From Takakia lepidozioides (lineage: Eukaryota > Plantae > Bryophyta), in assembly GCA_030704615.1 (NCBI GenBank), contig CM060733.1, positions 48,174,001 to 48,238,000 of the forward strand: a DNA stretch of 64,000 nucleotides, read 5' to 3'. Each line of letters opens with the position of its first letter. Positions within the stretch are counted from its first letter, which is position 1. This document shows, piece after piece, positions 60,661 to 64,000 of this stretch. Below the pieces are notes generated by a model, which searched no databases, had not been told where the DNA came from, and was given only the letters and a program-made list of their open reading frames with translations. A program made the translations under genes and the position numbers.

Positions 60661-63600
60661 AGTGGAGTCAGTTGCGGCAGTACTCGATGAGCAGCCAAGT
60701 TCCTGAACCACGGGGTACGGAGGTGGAGTTGGATCCACAGCATGGGAGGCAAGCTGTCAGGCCAGCTTCCTCAGTCATTCACATTTGCGGAGACAGTGTC
60801 GACGCCGTCCATGGCACCTAGTTCTCGCCCGACTGTTACCGAGGCGGAGGTTACTATGGCCATTGGGGAGAGCTACACGGGCAGCACCACTACCTAGTGT
60901 TGGCAAGGCTACGGCATCTAGTCGTGCTGCTGGGGGCGGCCACAGCTGTGTGTCATGCTCCATTGTTCTCTGGCTACCATGATTGCGACGCCGAGGTAAG
61001 ACCAGCTAAGGTGTTCAGGCTGCAGCGACACTGAGGTGAGAGTGGGGAGGTTACTTCATCTTCTGCAGAGATATTGGGAGGTGTAGTGCCGGAGGGATCC
61101 TCGGATGTGAAGGTCAAGACTACCACGGCGGCGCCCGACAAGCTGCACTACCAGTTGATGGAGCTGTCAGCTAGGCCCAGCCATTGAGCGTGCCATGGTG
61201 ACACCTGGAGTTGTCATGTTAGACAACCAGGAGACATTTTTCTGTTTGAGTGGACGGCAGGCAAGAGGTACCGACCACTGCGGGTCTTGTTGGACTCGGG
61301 AGCTCAGCCATTGATGCTGGGCAGAGCTGCTATTGCATGCTTGAGCCTCATGGAGGCGGATATGGAGCCATGCCCTTTCCAGATACAGACATCTCTGGAG
61401 GATCAAGCAAGCTCGAGGCATGACACGGCGTGAGTTGGCTATCAGACTACAGCCGGATCATCCTACAGATGGCTCAATGATGAGAGCCAATGTCATTGTG
61501 ACGACTCGGTCTCGTACGATGTCTTTGTTGGTGGGGCAGTGTTGTACCACATGGGCTTCATCCCTGGATTTTTGGGAGGAGTCAGCTTCCTATAGGCCTG
61601 GATGGGCAGAGCAGGGAGGGCCGGCGTATGCAGCTCCCTCTGACGTTCATAAGGAGATTTCGGTTGCCCAGCGAGGCAAGATGCCAACACTGGCAGCATT
61701 CATAGAGGATGACATGTATGGTATGGCAGAGTTGCTTGCCATGGTTGCTCACACTCCATTGTGGGGCTCGAGCAAGGATTTGCAGCGGTTGCTGATTGTC
61801 GTGTGCAACAAGCCTGGATAGAGGCTTTTGTACTGTCAGGAGAGGAGGACAGTGCGGGGTTACACCAGTCCACCTCATTGTCACCATTGACACCAGCACA
61901 CCGATCATGGGGCAGTGTCCCGGATAAAGCATTTGCCTTCTGGACTTGTTTGAACGGGATCAACATTGGTTGGGCTGCTGTTCTACATGGAGGTGTACGG
62001 GTACGACGTACCTATATGTGGAGAGGATGAGACTGCACAATGCTCTCCCTACGCCATGTGCTCAGTTGGTGCAGCAGTACCCTGATTTGTTGCTGGTGTC
62101 TGCAGTTCGTGGATATCAGCATGCCTTGCCAGGAGACATTTCGTTGTTGGGGAGGATTTGAGCGGGTTTGGTTCCATTGATTGGTAGTGGCAGTTGGCCC
62201 TGCCAAGGGCATTCCCTCAGTCGGCATGGCAATGGATTGCAGACTCGAGGTCGGTCTATTTTGGGAGATGGTCGGGTTTGCGCCACTTACAGTTTCATCA
62301 AGCTGTATCTCTCCAGCATACATCTTGGAGAATGTGCCACTGATGGGCAATTCTCGGGCCAGGGATGCTAGTGTGGCACCAGTTTGGTCGTGGCTTGGGT
62401 CAAGCAATGTTGCTGGATGCAGCTATAGTGGGTCTAGGCTCATCGTCCACGGCTATGGTGGACTAACTTGATGCCACCCGCACTGCTCAGGCGTGCATTT
62501 GATTGTGTCGCGGCCAGCACACCTCACATTGGATAGCATTTTGGACACAGGGAGGCAGTCTCAGCATGTGAGACACGATGACCGTTCGCCTTGCAGTGGG
62601 CAACAATGGGTCAACCACACGCACTACCTACACTGCTCAGCTTCCCAAGATCGCATGCTTTCCGGGAATGTGGAGCTTGGCCTCTGTGGGATGCTCAGTT
62701 GCAGCAGTTAGTGGAGCCTAATGCCGACGAGCGAGACTGCTATGGGTTTTTCGCATTAGGACCACGCGGTGTCTTCTCTTTCTGAGGCATTACGTCGTCA
62801 GGTTTTGGGGGCAAGCAATGGATATAAATTGCTTGACCTGGATTTATCAGCTTGGCTATGCTGAGCAACGTAGAGTGCGGAGTGCACTTCCCTTGACGGT
62901 CTCTCTGCCTACCGAGATGGTACAATCAAGTGAGTGGGGGCGATCCAGTGAAGACCACGGGTGTAACATCCATGGCACACGTGGGAGGTGCTCGAGTTCA
63001 GAGGGAGTTTGCAGCCAAGCGTTGTGATGGATGAGGTTGGGATTCTTCTCGGGTTGAGAGGTCCTCAAGGATGAGATGATGGGGCAGGATGAGGCCTTGT
63101 CATTGACTAAGCAGGCAGGGAGTACTGCTCATGAGGTGGCGGCATAGCACCACGGGACGCGTCCTCTACCTCTAAGTCTATACTGGACTTAAGGTGCAGT
63201 TACGGAGGACAATTGGAGACCTGACTTGGACCCATTGTCACTGGAGGAGAAGAGACAACGTATCGCGGTTCATGAGGGCTACAGGAATTGCTTTGCCTTC
63301 ACTTTGAAGGTTTGGTGGGAGCATTGAAGGTCAGGAGATTCATATGAGTTGGCCACAAACACGCCAATCTTTCGGAGACCCTATAGATACAGTGACATGG
63401 AGAGGGCTTTGATTTAGATGAGGACTCAAGATCTCTGGGAGGCTGGTTTGGTGGAGCTCTTTGGTGGAGAGTAATGCTTCAGCCACGGTGATGCCAGCCA
63501 AGAAGGATGTCTATGGCAATTGGACGGAGAGACGTATGTGCGGTGATTATCGGCCTGTAATCGTCAGACCAAGTCCGATACGTATGCCATGCCCACACCG

Positions 63601-64000
63601 AAGGAGATCTTTGATGCCATTGGGCATGCCAAGGTCTTTAGCACTTTGGACTTGCGGTCCGGATATCACCAGTTGCCGATCAAGAAGGCGGACAAGCAGA
63701 AGACGACATTCTGGGGGATCAATGAGCACGGGAATGATTGCTTATATCAATGGCGATTCTTACCATTCGGGCTTAAGAACGCTCCTGCAGAGTTCCAGAG
63801 AGTCATGGACAGGATTCTAGCAGGGGTAGACTTTGCTCGTGCACATAGATGACATCATCATCTTTAGTGCTACGGTGGAGGAGCACGAGAGACACCTTCA
63901 GGTGGTGTTTGAGCGCTTGAGAGCGCACGGATTGAAATTACATCCGGGAAGTGCAAGTTCTTCCACAACCAGATTGAGTATCTGGGCCACATGATATATC

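Larger units (their letters stand above)
51750..64000 (+). mobile_element. Older, degenerate Ty3/gypsy element (non-chromovirus, Phygy-like gag/RT), interrupted by the 52130-59062 element and continuing past the window end
   Basis: Gag YSGAVGTIELDDFIQEFDSWCD (~59200), protease-like LLDSGAQPLMLG (~61285), RT ASATVMPAKKDVYGNWTERRMCGDYR / [12 protein letters not shown] / LPFGLKNAPAEFQRVMD / IDDIIIFS (63460-63870). Its sequence is contiguous across the TCATG TSD. The left boundary is approximate. Confidence 0.8.

Overview
This is eukaryotic nuclear DNA from a non-angiosperm land plant: it has spliceosomal introns, a flavodiiron gene (lost in angiosperms) and PLS-DYW RNA-editing PPR genes. A bryophyte/lycophyte-grade host is likely, but the species cannot be fixed from sequence alone. 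Gene order: PLS-PPR-DYW gene 1 (open at the left edge); organic cation transporter; eIF3g and IMP4 head-to-head across a telo-box promoter; a ~117-bp tandem array; LRR receptor-like protein 1 (lesioned); PLS-PPR-DYW gene 2; L1 and hAT remnants; LRR-RLP pseudogene 2 with a stub of a deleted PPR-DYW gene; FLVA (last exon not found); and a nest of Ty3/gypsy LTR retrotransposons. The most striking feature is missed by the ORF track. PPR-DYW gene 2 is preceded by four tandem, intron-split copies of the OSB-type 'PDF' single-stranded nucleic-acid-binding motif (WxxFFxDPxxWWDNRxxK|xxPxxPDFKHKxTxxSLWxxxxxPxWV), predicting a (PDF)n-PPR-E1E2-DYW fusion editing factor. The second is an RTE-X-like LINE family whose 5'-truncated copies stack in (TC)n microsatellites, with visible 15-16 bp target-site duplications. 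Exon boundaries were read by eye, and many 1-bp indels in repeats may be assembly errors.
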